Of a stretch of 64,000 nucleotides of DNA, positions 38,004 through 47,592 are shown in pieces. The stretch's first letter is position 1. Every line of letters starts with the position of its first letter. Source of the stretch: Candidatus Hadarchaeota archaeon (GTDB taxonomy: Archaea > CAYQAE01 > CAYVLA01); the NCBI GenBank assembly GCA_964621445.1, contig CAZUNO010000013.1, positions 1-64,000 of the forward strand, read 5' to 3'. Both the position numbers and the translations under genes were made by a program. The notes under the pieces were generated by a model that searched no databases, was not told the origin of the DNA, and was given only the letters and a program-made list of their open reading frames with translations.

Positions 38004-39247
38004 GCTTTGTATTTCACGTAGTCCCCGCTCGAGACCTCTTCGCTTATTATTTCCTCCAGTTTTTGGGAGAGGATCTCCACCGGTATATCCTGGATGCTGA
38101 CTCGGGTAGACATACCTCCAGTATCCTTAAGTCCGATCTCAGTCTTGGCCTCGACGAAACCCAGATTGCCCAGGTCCTTCAGGTAGGACGCGAATGAGGT
38201 GTATGATCTTGACGGTTCGTTGTATTGCTCACACAGGCTCTCATACTCCGAGAATATATCTCCGGATAAAACGCTCTGCGAGTTACCCAATAAATTAGCC
38301 GCGGACAGGTATGTGAGCTTCTGGTGAAGATTCAGCTCCCGGAGCTCTGTCTCCGAAACTACGGGCAATACCTCTGCCTTGGCAGCCCTAACGTCCTCGA
38401 AAGATACTTCCGGGTTCTCGCCTCTATCCGCTCGTTTGCCCGCGTAGTACATCATTTCCAAAGCGAACCTGCAGTCTCCCGTCTGTGCCGCGATTTCGGA
38501 CACGAAGTTCACCACATCATCCGACATGGCGCCCTCCATAAAGGCCTCGTTGGCCCGGTATCTCAATATATCGAAGAGTTGGGATGCGTTGTACTTGTCT
38601 AACTTGATCACGTTTTTCTTCAGGGAGCTACGGGTAGGTTCATCCAGCTTGTAGTAATAGGAGAAATCCCTACTGATCAGGATCATGCTATATCTGGCAA
38701 CGCTGTCAAGTCGGTGATTCTCAAGTGGTCTTGACAGGAAGTATATTATGTCCCTGCCATCTCTGCTCATATAGTAGTCTATCTCGTCCAGACATATGAT
38801 AAGGATGGTATTAGAGTCCACGAGGATGTCATCGACCGCTCTCTGGACATATTCGGCCGGATAACCCCTAAGCTCTAGTTCGGGTTGGAGTTCCTTGGCC
38901 ATGGAAGCCCATATCATGTAATCCGTGCGTTCCTTCCGACAGTTTATGTGGATATACTTCAGGTTTATGTCACGTCTAGAGCCGGCCTGTTCTATGCTCT
39001 TACCAAATCTTTTGGCCAACATCGTTTTTCCGGTGCCAATACCCCCCAAAATGGTCACCGTCTGTGCAACCGGTGCCGGGGATATCGAGCCCTTGAAGTA
39101 CTCCACCAGCTCCTTTAGCTCATCCTCTCTGTGGGGAAGGTACTGAGGCACGTAGGCCGCATCCAACTTTGACTCTTCCCTAAAAATGGTGGACTTGCCC
39201 AGAATGTCCTCGACCATCGTGTCTACTTCGCCCATCCTCCCGTTCAT
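38000..39247 (-). CDS. cdc6: Orc1/Cdc6 replication initiator
   Basis: YVP..LPHRE, GGIGTGKT, INC, LDEID, GDCR.AL, C-terminal winged helix. Confidence 0.9.
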   Translation of the reverse strand: MNGRMGEVDTMVEDILGKSTIFREESKLDAAYVPQYLPHREDELKELVEYFKGSISPAPVAQTVTILGGIGTGKTMLAKRFGKSIEQAGSRRDINLKYIHINCRKERTDYMIWASMAKELQPELELRGYPAEYVQRAVDDILVDSNTILIICLDEIDYYMSRDGRDIIYFLSRPLENHRLDSVARYSMILISRDFSYYYKLDEPTRSSLKKNVIKLDKYNASQLFDILRYRANEAFMEGAMSDDVVNFVSEIAAQTGDCRFALEMMYYAGKRADRGENPEVSFEDVRAAKAEVLPVVSETELRELNLHQKLTYLSAANLLGNSQSVLSGDIFSEYESLCEQYNEPSRSYTSFASYLKDLGNLGFVEAKTEIGLKDTGGMSTRVSIQDIPVEILSQKLEEIISEEVSSGDYVKYKA

Positions 39248-39455
39248 AAGAGATTAATAGCAGCAGCTGGAATATAAATGTAAGTGTAACCCCCTCCCCT
39301 ACCTGTTAATTGTTATGACCTCCTATTTTTCCCTCAAAGGTCCCATGATTCCATTTCCCTTTAAATACAGACGGTTAATTAACAACTCACAGCAAGGGGG
39401 GGTCCAAAGAACGCTTATAAGCCTCTCCAGCCAAGCGCATATCGAAGTGAACATA

Positions 39456-40409
39456 ATGTCCACTGAGATAGAAGACCTTCCTGGAGTGGGGCCTAGAACT
39501 GCTAAAAACCTAGAGAATGCCGGCTACTACTCAGTCGAAAGTCTTGCTATTACCTCTCCCCATGAAATATGCGAAATCTCGGGGATTTCCGATACCATCG
39601 CGCTCAAGATAATATCCACGGCAAAGGAACACGCGGATCATCTGGTGAAATGGCACCGCGGATCCGAGGTAATGAAAAGACGTAAGGACCTTCCAAGAAT
39701 AACTACCGGTAGCAAGGAGATGGACGATATGGTTGCCGGCGGATTGGAACCGACATCCATCACCGAGTTCTATGGAGAGTTCAGCTCGGGCAAATCCCAA
39801 ATTTGTCATCAACTAGCAGTAGATGTGCAACTCCCACCGGAAGAGGGGGGTATCGAGGGCAAGGTCCTTTGGCTGGACACGGAGGCCACCTTCAGGCCGG
39901 AAAGGATACACGAAATGGCCATGGGAATGGGTCTCGATCCCGATGCTGTCCTGGATAACATTCTGACCACGCGGGCGTATAATTCGGCGCATCAGATGCT
40001 ACTTCTGGAAAATGCCGAGAAGATGATAAGGGAGGAGGACATCAAGATGCTCGTAATTGACAGCTTGATGGTGCACTTCCGATCGGAATACCTGGGACGA
40101 GCAAAGCTGGCAGAAAGACAGCAGAAACTTGCCCAGCACCTTTCAAAACTACACAGACTTACCGACATATACCAGCTGGTATCTGTCCTAACAAATCAGG
40201 TGCAATCCCGCCCTGACATACTCTTCGGAGACCCGACTGCCCCCATCGGAGGGAATGTACTGGGGCACTCGACTACCACCCGGATCTATCTCCGCAAATC
40301 CAAGGGAGAAACCAGGGTTGCCAGAGTGGTTGACTCCCCCTGCTTGCCTCTAGGAGAGGCAAGATTCTTGATAACAACTGAAGGTATAAAGGACGTAGAA
40401 GCTTCCTAA
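39456..40409 (+). CDS. radA: DNA repair and recombination protein RadA
   Basis: EDLPGVG, GEFSSGKSQ, DTEATFRPERI, RAYNS.HQ, FRSEY.GR..LAERQQ, TNQV, PIGGN.LGH, DSP.LP; ATG at 39456. Confidence 0.95.
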   Translation: MSTEIEDLPGVGPRTAKNLENAGYYSVESLAITSPHEICEISGISDTIALKIISTAKEHADHLVKWHRGSEVMKRRKDLPRITTGSKEMDDMVAGGLEPTSITEFYGEFSSGKSQICHQLAVDVQLPPEEGGIEGKVLWLDTEATFRPERIHEMAMGMGLDPDAVLDNILTTRAYNSAHQMLLLENAEKMIREEDIKMLVIDSLMVHFRSEYLGRAKLAERQQKLAQHLSKLHRLTDIYQLVSVLTNQVQSRPDILFGDPTAPIGGNVLGHSTTTRIYLRKSKGETRVARVVDSPCLPLGEARFLITTEGIKDVEAS

Positions 40410-40410
40410 G

Positions 40411-40473
40411 TAAGGGGCTGGCCCCTGGCCCATATGCGGTCGGCCTTCGGTCAGGGGCCTTTAAATCCCCTTA
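40411..40473. terminator. Extended GC-rich hairpin between convergent radA and leuB-like genes
   Basis: TAAGGGG (40411-17) pairs with CCCCTTA (40467-73); GGCCCCTGGCC (40420-30) pairs with GGTCAGGGGCC (40449-59). Confidence 0.5.
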
Positions 40474-41466
40474 TATTCTATCTGCTATTGCTCTCGCCAT
40501 TTCTATGGTCCCAGCAGAGCCCCCGAGGTCGTAGGTTACGGTTTTTCCCTCGGCAATTACCTCTGAAACCGCGGATACTATATTGTTTGCTTGGGTATCT
40601 TTATTCAGATGCTCCAACATCATTGCCGCTGAAAGAATCGTGGCGGTGGGATTTACCTTGTTCATTCCCTTGTACTTCGGTGCCGAGCCGTGGACCGGCT
40701 CGAATACGGCGCAATCATCGCCAATATTACCGGAAGGAGCAACCCCAAGACCGCCGACCAGACCTGCACACAGATCCGAAAGTATATCTCCGAATAAGTT
40801 GCTGGTCACGATAACATCATAAAGATGGGGCTTGACCACCAGCTGCATGGCCATGTTATCAACTATTCTCTCTTCATACTTAATTTCATCAAAATCCTCT
40901 GAAACTTCCCTCGCGGTCTCCAGAAATAGGCCACCCGTCACCTTCATTATATTGGCCTTGTGTACCACGGTGACCTTTTTACGTCCGTGTCGGGCTGCGT
41001 AGTTAAACGCGAATCTCACTATTCTTTCAGAGTTGGGACGAGTTATGATCCTGACGCTCTCTCCATGATCTTCATCTACACGTCTCTCCACGCCGGAATA
41101 CAATCCCTCTATGTTTTCCCTCACCACAACCAGGTCCACGTCCTGGTACCTACTGCTAGCACCTATAAAAGACCTTGCCGGCCTGACATTTGCATAGAGA
41201 TCCAACCTCTTTCTCAATTCCACGTTTACCGAACGAAAGCCTGACCCCACGGGAGTGGTTATGGGTCCCTTAAGGCCCACCTTGTTCCTGGATATGGAAT
41301 CCAAAACCTCCTGCGGGAGAGGCGTGTCGTCCCTCTCCATGGTCTCTGCACCTGCCTTAACCATCTCAAATTCAAGGCTTGCTCCCGTCTTTTCCAGGAC
41401 CAGAAGGGTGGCCTCGATGACCTCCGGCCCTATTCCATCCCCTGGGATGAGGGTTATCTTCTTCAT
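40471..41466 (-). CDS. Isocitrate/isopropylmalate/homoisocitrate dehydrogenase family protein (LeuB/AksF-like)
   Basis: [45 protein letters not shown]. Confidence 0.92.
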   Translation of the reverse strand: MKKITLIPGDGIGPEVIEATLLVLEKTGASLEFEMVKAGAETMERDDTPLPQEVLDSISRNKVGLKGPITTPVGSGFRSVNVELRKRLDLYANVRPARSFIGASSRYQDVDLVVVRENIEGLYSGVERRVDEDHGESVRIITRPNSERIVRFAFNYAARHGRKKVTVVHKANIMKVTGGLFLETAREVSEDFDEIKYEERIVDNMAMQLVVKPHLYDVIVTSNLFGDILSDLCAGLVGGLGVAPSGNIGDDCAVFEPVHGSAPKYKGMNKVNPTATILSAAMMLEHLNKDTQANNIVSAVSEVIAEGKTVTYDLGGSAGTIEMARAIADRI

Positions 41467-41966
41467 CTGCCTTTTCCCTCGGGTAAACGGCCGAATTTCT
41501 TTATATAGGGAGCCAGTCCTCCCTGGTCAAGTATTTCCTGCATTATATCCGGGAGTGGATTGAATTCTAGTGATAGACCACGTTGTTCGTCGATCAAGAT
41601 ACCCTTTCCCAGGTCAACTTCCAGCAAATCTCCATCCTCAATTCGGTCCGTGTTGCATTCGATAGCCGGGAGACCCACGTTGATTGCATTACGGTAGAAG
41701 ATCCTGGCAAAGCTTTTAGCGATTACACATGAAATGCCGGCCTCCCTTATGACCAGGGGAGCCTGTTCCCTTGACGAGCCGTATCCAAAATTATCGCCGG
41801 CCACAATGATATCTCCATTCTCAACCTTCTCGGAGAATTCCGGATCCAGGTCCTCAAAAAGGTGGGTGGCGAGCTCCTTCATATCCAGGGTCTTGAACTT
41901 GTATTTACCCGAAATTATGTAATCCGTATTCACGTCGTCATTAAATTTGTGAGCAATGCCCTTCAT
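41463..41966 (-). CDS. leuD: 3-isopropylmalate dehydratase/homoaconitase small subunit
   Basis: [34 protein letters not shown]. Confidence 0.88.
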   Translation of the reverse strand: MKGIAHKFNDDVNTDYIISGKYKFKTLDMKELATHLFEDLDPEFSEKVENGDIIVAGDNFGYGSSREQAPLVIREAGISCVIAKSFARIFYRNAINVGLPAIECNTDRIEDGDLLEVDLGKGILIDEQRGLSLEFNPLPDIMQEILDQGGLAPYIKKFGRLPEGKGR

Positions 41967-43210
41967 GTGAACTCCCTCGGATCGGTAATCTTTCCCTCCA
42001 TTGCTGATGCGGCGACCGTGGCTGGGGACCCCAAGTAGATGAACGCCCGGTTATTCCCCATCCTCCCCTTGAAGTTTCTATTCGCGCTGGATATTACCAC
42101 ATCCCCATCCCCGGGCACACCAGCATGGGTCCCGACACAGGGGCCACATCCTGGGGTGACTGGAACCGCCCCCGCAGATACCAGTTTCTGGAAAACCCCG
42201 GTTTCCATTGCCTGCTTTAGGATCTTTCTTGAGGCCGGTGCCACTATGAACCTTACCTCAGCATCTACCCTTTCCCCATTCAGGATCCGGGCCGCGATCT
42301 CTAGATCCTCAAGCCTGCCGTTGGTACAGGTACCTAGATAGGCCTGATCAATATCCTTCCCCTCCACTTCCTCCAGGGGGACCACATCATCCACCCTATG
42401 GGGCCGTGATATCCTGGGTCCGATATCCCCGACCTCCAATGTTCTGGACCATTCGTAATTTGCTCCCGGGTCGGGGGATGTCGGCATTCCCTTCTCGCCC
42501 GGCAGATATTCATTAACCTTGGTATCGAATTCCATTATGGCCGTTTTGGCCCCCATCTCCACTGCCATATTACACATTGTTAACCTACCGTCGATTGACA
42601 GGTTTTCAACGGCCTCCCCGGTAAACTCCACCGACATGTAGGTTGCCCCGGACGCCCCCACCTGTCCAACAACCTCAAGGGTTGCATCCTTGGCATAGAC
42701 CCCCTCTGGGAAATCGCCCTCAAGAACTATCATTCCCGATCTCGGAACCTTAAACCAGAGTTTCCCCGTCCTCATGGCAGCAGCCGCGTCCGTGCTGCCT
42801 ACTCCCGTGGCAAAGGCATTGAGAGCACCATAGGTACAGGTATGTGAATCAGCACCGACTACCAGGTTTCCGGGAAGGACATGACCCTGTTCCGGCATTA
42901 GTTGATGGCAAACCCCACAGCCAACATCGTAGAGATTCGATATTCCATGTTCTGAAGCAAAATCCCTCATGCTAGCGTGAAGGCTTGACACCCCCTCGCT
43001 GGGGCTGGGGGCGTTATGATCGAGTACCAAAGCCACCCTATCGCCATCCCAGATCCTGCCCCCTCCCATATCATTGAATGCCTTTATGGCCAGAGGAGCG
43101 GTTCCGTCTTGAGCCATAACCAGGTCCACATCGGCTATGACCACATCGCCAGCGCTTGCATCCTGATTGCTCTTCTCGGAAAGTATGTTCTCTGCTAAGG
43201 TCTTTGGCAA
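41963..43210 (-). CDS. leuC: 3-isopropylmalate dehydratase/homoaconitase large subunit
   Basis: DH, GVCHQ, DSHTCT.GA, GTCTNGR, CGPCVG, NRNFKGRMG; probable TTG start at 43210. Confidence 0.9.
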   Translation of the reverse strand: MPKTLAENILSEKSNQDASAGDVVIADVDLVMAQDGTAPLAIKAFNDMGGGRIWDGDRVALVLDHNAPSPSEGVSSLHASMRDFASEHGISNLYDVGCGVCHQLMPEQGHVLPGNLVVGADSHTCTYGALNAFATGVGSTDAAAAMRTGKLWFKVPRSGMIVLEGDFPEGVYAKDATLEVVGQVGASGATYMSVEFTGEAVENLSIDGRLTMCNMAVEMGAKTAIMEFDTKVNEYLPGEKGMPTSPDPGANYEWSRTLEVGDIGPRISRPHRVDDVVPLEEVEGKDIDQAYLGTCTNGRLEDLEIAARILNGERVDAEVRFIVAPASRKILKQAMETGVFQKLVSAGAVPVTPGCGPCVGTHAGVPGDGDVVISSANRNFKGRMGNNRAFIYLGSPATVAASAMEGKITDPREFT

Positions 43211-43273
43211 CTCAATCAGCCTCGGGCTCCACCGGGCGGCAATAAAATCTTTCCTGGTTACCAATAATCTCAA

Positions 43274-44101
43274 TCAAGTGGGTGCTATCAGATTTATCGC
43301 ATAATCGGCGAGCTGCCCGTTGCCGTAGACACGGATTACCTGAGCCAGGCCCTGGTGCTCGGGTACCGAGAGGCTACTCACCGCAAACAGGATATACATT
43401 CTGTCGTCCTTCTCCACGTCTTCATAGGTAACCGTCCCCAATCTTGGAGCGTCGGCAACCGTTGGCATCTCACTTGTCCCTGCCGAACCTTTGGCCGACC
43501 CAAAATTCGTCTCTTGGTCATTATGGCTGATGGACAGGCTCTCCATGGTCTCCTTCTTGTTAAGGAAAAAGTCCGAGCAGCCCTGATAGTATGTCAGGTT
43601 CTCATCCATCCACAGAAGAAAGCTTGTTGAGGCAAATGACATATCAATTCCCGATTGTCCAGAGGAGACCAGGGGGCCAAAATCGTAGAAAAGGGCCTCG
43701 TATGAGGTCCCATTGACCATGACTTTCACCGTTTCGTTATCGTAAGCAACCGGGAAGTCCTCCGCCATGGATAGGCATGCCTTTATTGGGGATATATCTC
43801 TCGCCATCTGGCTCAGCGGGACGTCCCGGTCTCCAATTTGGTTAGAGGCCGATAAGGGGGGATCCGTTTTCATTAGGAGATTGAACTTTATGTCAACCTG
43901 CTTATGGGGATCTCGGGATATGGTATTTACCGCGAACCTCTTGGTCTCTTGAATTGTGGTCTTTATCACGGATGGGTATTTGTTCTTGATTATCTCAACT
44001 TTCTTTTCCGCCTTTTCCACACTCACGAAACTCATGATGATGGTGGAAATAACTATGGCTATCAGCAAAACACCAAGAAGTCCCCGATCCAATCTGACCA
44101 T
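43274..44101 (-). CDS. Hypothetical N-terminally anchored protein, paralog family A (copy 3)
   Basis: MVRLDRG-TM, IIKNKYP, YYQGCSDFF, LSISHND, DAPRLG, VEKDDR, QVIRVYGNG. Confidence 0.8.
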   Translation of the reverse strand: MVRLDRGLLGVLLIAIVISTIIMSFVSVEKAEKKVEIIKNKYPSVIKTTIQETKRFAVNTISRDPHKQVDIKFNLLMKTDPPLSASNQIGDRDVPLSQMARDISPIKACLSMAEDFPVAYDNETVKVMVNGTSYEALFYDFGPLVSSGQSGIDMSFASTSFLLWMDENLTYYQGCSDFFLNKKETMESLSISHNDQETNFGSAKGSAGTSEMPTVADAPRLGTVTYEDVEKDDRMYILFAVSSLSVPEHQGLAQVIRVYGNGQLADYAINLIAPT

Positions 44102-44160
44102 ATCGCTCTCCTCCTACGATGATCACCCTACCCTTAAATCTTCAGTCTTGTGATCACCAA

Positions 44161-45390
44161 TCATTTCATTGATCTGGTTACTGATACCTCCCGATATAAT
44201 TTTCTTCGGACCATCAGGGCCCAGATAAGCGAACCACACACGGCAAGAGTCCCAGTTACCGCCATCCATTCGGTTATATAAACCCACATTAGAGCATTTT
44301 CCTTTATCCTGACCGCCTCCTCGGATATGCGGTCGAACTCTTCCATTACCTTTTTCATCGATTCCCAAGATTCCCCGTACTCCTCGCCCAGGTAAAGCTG
44401 CTCGGCAAGCTCCTTTTCAGCAGTTAGATCCGAGAGCATCCTCTCAACGGGCCTCGTGCTGGCCCCAAATTTGTCAATGAAATCCAGCAATCCGTTTGTC
44501 ATTGCCATATGGTCAAAATACTCGTAGAACGCCGCCCTTAACCTGTGTATACGCTCGATATCCTCTGGAATCTCCACCTGGGCCAGGAAATAGGCGTGAT
44601 TGAGGACAAAATCCACATAGTAGTACCATGACCTTTCCGTTTCGCGGGGAACGTTATCCCATCCCATGGGTATCATCAGGGTGGTTCCTTCTCCAAACAT
44701 CCCCGAGACGATGGCGTCCTCCTGGCCAACCCTCCAAACCGCATGAACGGTTGACCCCGGTCTTGCTACCTGTATGCCGTGGTGACCCACCTCGGTCAGA
44801 GGAGTCTGCTCGAACTGGGGAAGATCAACTAGGAGACTCGGCTCGCGATCCTGCCCCGGCTCCACTATATCCATGAATGCCGTCTCCTTGTTCTGCTTAC
44901 CTAGCACTAGGTCTGCGGGATAGGCCTCGTAAAGTGAACTGGACTTCCAGGCTTCAGCGTCATTCCCGGTCCAATCCGTTACGTCGTACCACCCCATCTC
45001 GGTAAGACCGAGACCAACACCATCCTGCTGAACGACGTCCCTGATCCAATCGATGTGTCTTGCTTCCAGTACGTAGGGTACAAAATCGAAAAGCTCGACA
45101 ACGTCATTTTCCAAGCGGAGCTCGTCCTTGGTTCTAGGGATATATATACGCACGAACCTCTTGCTCGTCCTCACATCGGCGATATCCCCGGCGGGGATCA
45201 ATGTGAGGTCCACCTTGGGGTCCGCGAACATGTGAGCTGTTGCTATCTGGTGCTGGGCCTTGATCTCCCCTATCATGAGAAGTCTAATCTTGCTTGTCTC
45301 CGGGTCAACCTTGCCTCCAACTCCCCCGGAGAAAATGGATATTAGAAGAAGCATAAACATTCCAGTTGCCAAATAGCGCCCCGTTTTCAT
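44161..45390 (-). CDS. Hypothetical exported protein (GATase1-like fold suspected) with helical stalk and C-terminal TM
   Basis: Signal peptide, alpha/beta domain (IRLLMIGE; W...V..DGVGL...GW), helical region, WVYITEW...TM...RRKLYREV. Confidence 0.7.
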   Translation of the reverse strand: MKTGRYLATGMFMLLLISIFSGGVGGKVDPETSKIRLLMIGEIKAQHQIATAHMFADPKVDLTLIPAGDIADVRTSKRFVRIYIPRTKDELRLENDVVELFDFVPYVLEARHIDWIRDVVQQDGVGLGLTEMGWYDVTDWTGNDAEAWKSSSLYEAYPADLVLGKQNKETAFMDIVEPGQDREPSLLVDLPQFEQTPLTEVGHHGIQVARPGSTVHAVWRVGQEDAIVSGMFGEGTTLMIPMGWDNVPRETERSWYYYVDFVLNHAYFLAQVEIPEDIERIHRLRAAFYEYFDHMAMTNGLLDFIDKFGASTRPVERMLSDLTAEKELAEQLYLGEEYGESWESMKKVMEEFDRISEEAVRIKENALMWVYITEWMAVTGTLAVCGSLIWALMVRRKLYREVSVTRSMK

Positions 45391-45470
45391 GGCCTACTAG
45401 GAAGGGTCGCTGCTCTCTCTTAAATTTGCCGAACTTCAAAATTAATCAGGAAAAAAATGAAATGGAACGG

Positions 45471-46532
45471 CTAGAATTCCTTTGTCTTCCTACTAACGTA
45501 TACCAAAGATATAATTCCCGTAACCAGGACGATTACCGCTAGAATGATGAAATCCTGCCACACGTCTCCCCATTTGGCGCCCATCATGCTTATCTCCAGA
45601 ATCGGATATATTATGTAATACGTGGGGAAGAACTTGGCTATCCATTGGGGAAGGCTGGGAAATAGGATCACCAAGGCAGGGGCAAAAAGCAGGAGATTCA
45701 CTCCTTTTGCGGTCCCGAATAATTCGGTCGAATTATCCGTAAAAGCCCCGAAAATTATACCCAGGAATACGGCAAAACCTCCTCCCAGTAATAGGAATGG
45801 CATAAGCAGTACAAGATATCCTGGGGATGTTATACCATTCAGGAAGAAGGTCAAGGTTGTGGCAGCTATGGCCATGAGATATCCTAAAATAGCCTTGGAG
45901 GACACGAAATCCGTCTTGCTCACCGGTGCAACCGATAGGGCCCTGACAGTTCCCTCCTCCCTTTCCTCTACTATCCCCAAGGAGGTTAGAAAATAGCCAC
46001 TCACCATTATTACGGCCAGAAATATAAATGGAGTTATCCGGTCTCCCATGGTAAGTGATTGCTCGGTGCCAAGTACGGTGAGGTTGAATTCCACAGGTAT
46101 CTCCTGTCCGGCCATCTCTCGTATGTGCTTTGAAATGGTATTTTGAATCATAATCCTGTGGGAAGCATAGCTCTTTCCTGAAAAACTAACGGTCATTTCC
46201 GGCGCCTCCCCGCGGGCGAGGGCAGAATCAAACCCCTGGCTTAGGACTACTCCGGCATCAATCTTGTTTATCTCTAGGTCCTGGAGCAGATTCGATTCGC
46301 TATCATAAATGCTGGTTTCCAACCCCTTGGATTCCCCGAGGATCTGTACCAGGTCAGATTCGCCCATATCAACTATTCCCAAGCTCGGTTCATCCTGCAT
46401 GAAACCTCCGAATATCATTCCCAGGAAGAAGGTGTAGATGAATGGGGATACCAGAACGAATATGAAGATAGAACTCCTCAATCCCTGGCGTATGTCCTTT
46501 TGTATAATGGATGCAATGACCCGAAAATTCAT
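45471..46532 (-). CDS. ABC-2 transporter permease with extracellular domain
   Basis: N-terminal TM, extracellular loop, EEREEGT motif, FPTYY. Confidence 0.87.
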   Translation of the reverse strand: MNFRVIASIIQKDIRQGLRSSIFIFVLVSPFIYTFFLGMIFGGFMQDEPSLGIVDMGESDLVQILGESKGLETSIYDSESNLLQDLEINKIDAGVVLSQGFDSALARGEAPEMTVSFSGKSYASHRIMIQNTISKHIREMAGQEIPVEFNLTVLGTEQSLTMGDRITPFIFLAVIMVSGYFLTSLGIVEEREEGTVRALSVAPVSKTDFVSSKAILGYLMAIAATTLTFFLNGITSPGYLVLLMPFLLLGGGFAVFLGIIFGAFTDNSTELFGTAKGVNLLLFAPALVILFPSLPQWIAKFFPTYYIIYPILEISMMGAKWGDVWQDFIILAVIVLVTGIISLVYVSRKTKEF

Positions 46533-47584
46533 CTTATCCTCCTCCTTAGTACCCATGCACCGACCAGAAGTATGACTACATCAAAGGCCGCAAGTATGGC
46601 CAGATTCATCCAGACACCACCGAGCCCGGCTCCCTGATTCAGGACCTTGTTGAAGGTATCTGCAAGGTAGAAAGAAGGCAGTACCTTCACGAGAGGTGAT
46701 GCCACTTGGGGATAGATCACGGTCATGGGTGGAACCATGAAAACGATATATGGTATCATGATCCACGAAAAGGAAGATTTCAAATCCCTCGCCGGCGTGG
46801 CGATAAGAAAGGCAAACCCGGTCACAAGGATGGCTCCCAGAACAATATTCATCATTACCGGAACAATTCCCGCTCCAATCTCCCCCATGAGCGTCAAAAC
46901 CAACCCAGCTTCCACCGATGTCAGAACCGTGCCAACCACGGTTTTTGCAGTGAAGACCTCAGAAGCCGTGGTCGGGGTTACCAATATCGCATTTATTGCG
47001 CCCGTCTGCTTTTCCTCAATAATCAGGAAGGCCAGAGCCATCATCTCAACCAGGAGAACGAGACTGATCCACAAGGGCTTGGCCTGGTCCCTAAATGGAA
47101 GTTGTTCGCCGGCATAGTCCTTGCCGATGATCTCCGTGTTGAGGGATACGGGCATTACCTGTCCGGTCACCTTGAATGAAAGTTCCTCAAAAAGAGCCTT
47201 GATGGGCTCTCTCGCATCCTCGGGGACGACTGAAGAAAAGTAGAGGTCCACCTCAGGCTTTTCTCCCTTCAACAGAGTCTGAACGAAGTCCGGAGGAAGG
47301 ATTATTCCTGCCATGACATCTCCGTTCTCCACTGCCCCTTTCAAGGCCTCAGTGTCATTATATCGAGAGATCTGCAAAGCCTCGTCTGAAGCATTGATTT
47401 GATCAAATACTCCCTCAAGACCGGGAGCCCGGACGGCCAGGTGAAGGCTTTCCTCCACCTCTGAAGGCATGAAATGGTACCAGAGAGGCAACATGATGAT
47501 AATAAGGATGGTAATAACGAGGGTTAGTCTATTTCTAAATATCTCCCCGAAATCCTTACCGATTAACACCCCTATGGATCGCAA
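46529..47584 (-). CDS. ABC-2 transporter permease with extracellular domain
   Basis: EEKQTGA motif, LPSFY; paralogous to the neighbouring permease. Confidence 0.87.
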   Translation of the reverse strand: MRSIGVLIGKDFGEIFRNRLTLVITILIIIMLPLWYHFMPSEVEESLHLAVRAPGLEGVFDQINASDEALQISRYNDTEALKGAVENGDVMAGIILPPDFVQTLLKGEKPEVDLYFSSVVPEDAREPIKALFEELSFKVTGQVMPVSLNTEIIGKDYAGEQLPFRDQAKPLWISLVLLVEMMALAFLIIEEKQTGAINAILVTPTTASEVFTAKTVVGTVLTSVEAGLVLTLMGEIGAGIVPVMMNIVLGAILVTGFAFLIATPARDLKSSFSWIMIPYIVFMVPPMTVIYPQVASPLVKVLPSFYLADTFNKVLNQGAGLGGVWMNLAILAAFDVVILLVGAWVLRRRIR

Positions 47585-47592
47585 AACCAGGT

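Noticed and set aside
39248-39455. Replication origin next to cdc6
   Set aside because: No repeated ORB consensus seen; kept only as a low-confidence finding, not a feature.
39315-39455. 47-aa N-terminal extension of RadA in the ORF track
   Set aside because: RadA similarity begins at MSTEIEDLPGVG (39456); the extension is probably intergenic.
40431-40436. Additional CATATG hexamer
   Set aside because: Lies between convergent genes and lacks the AT-rich flanks of the operator candidates.
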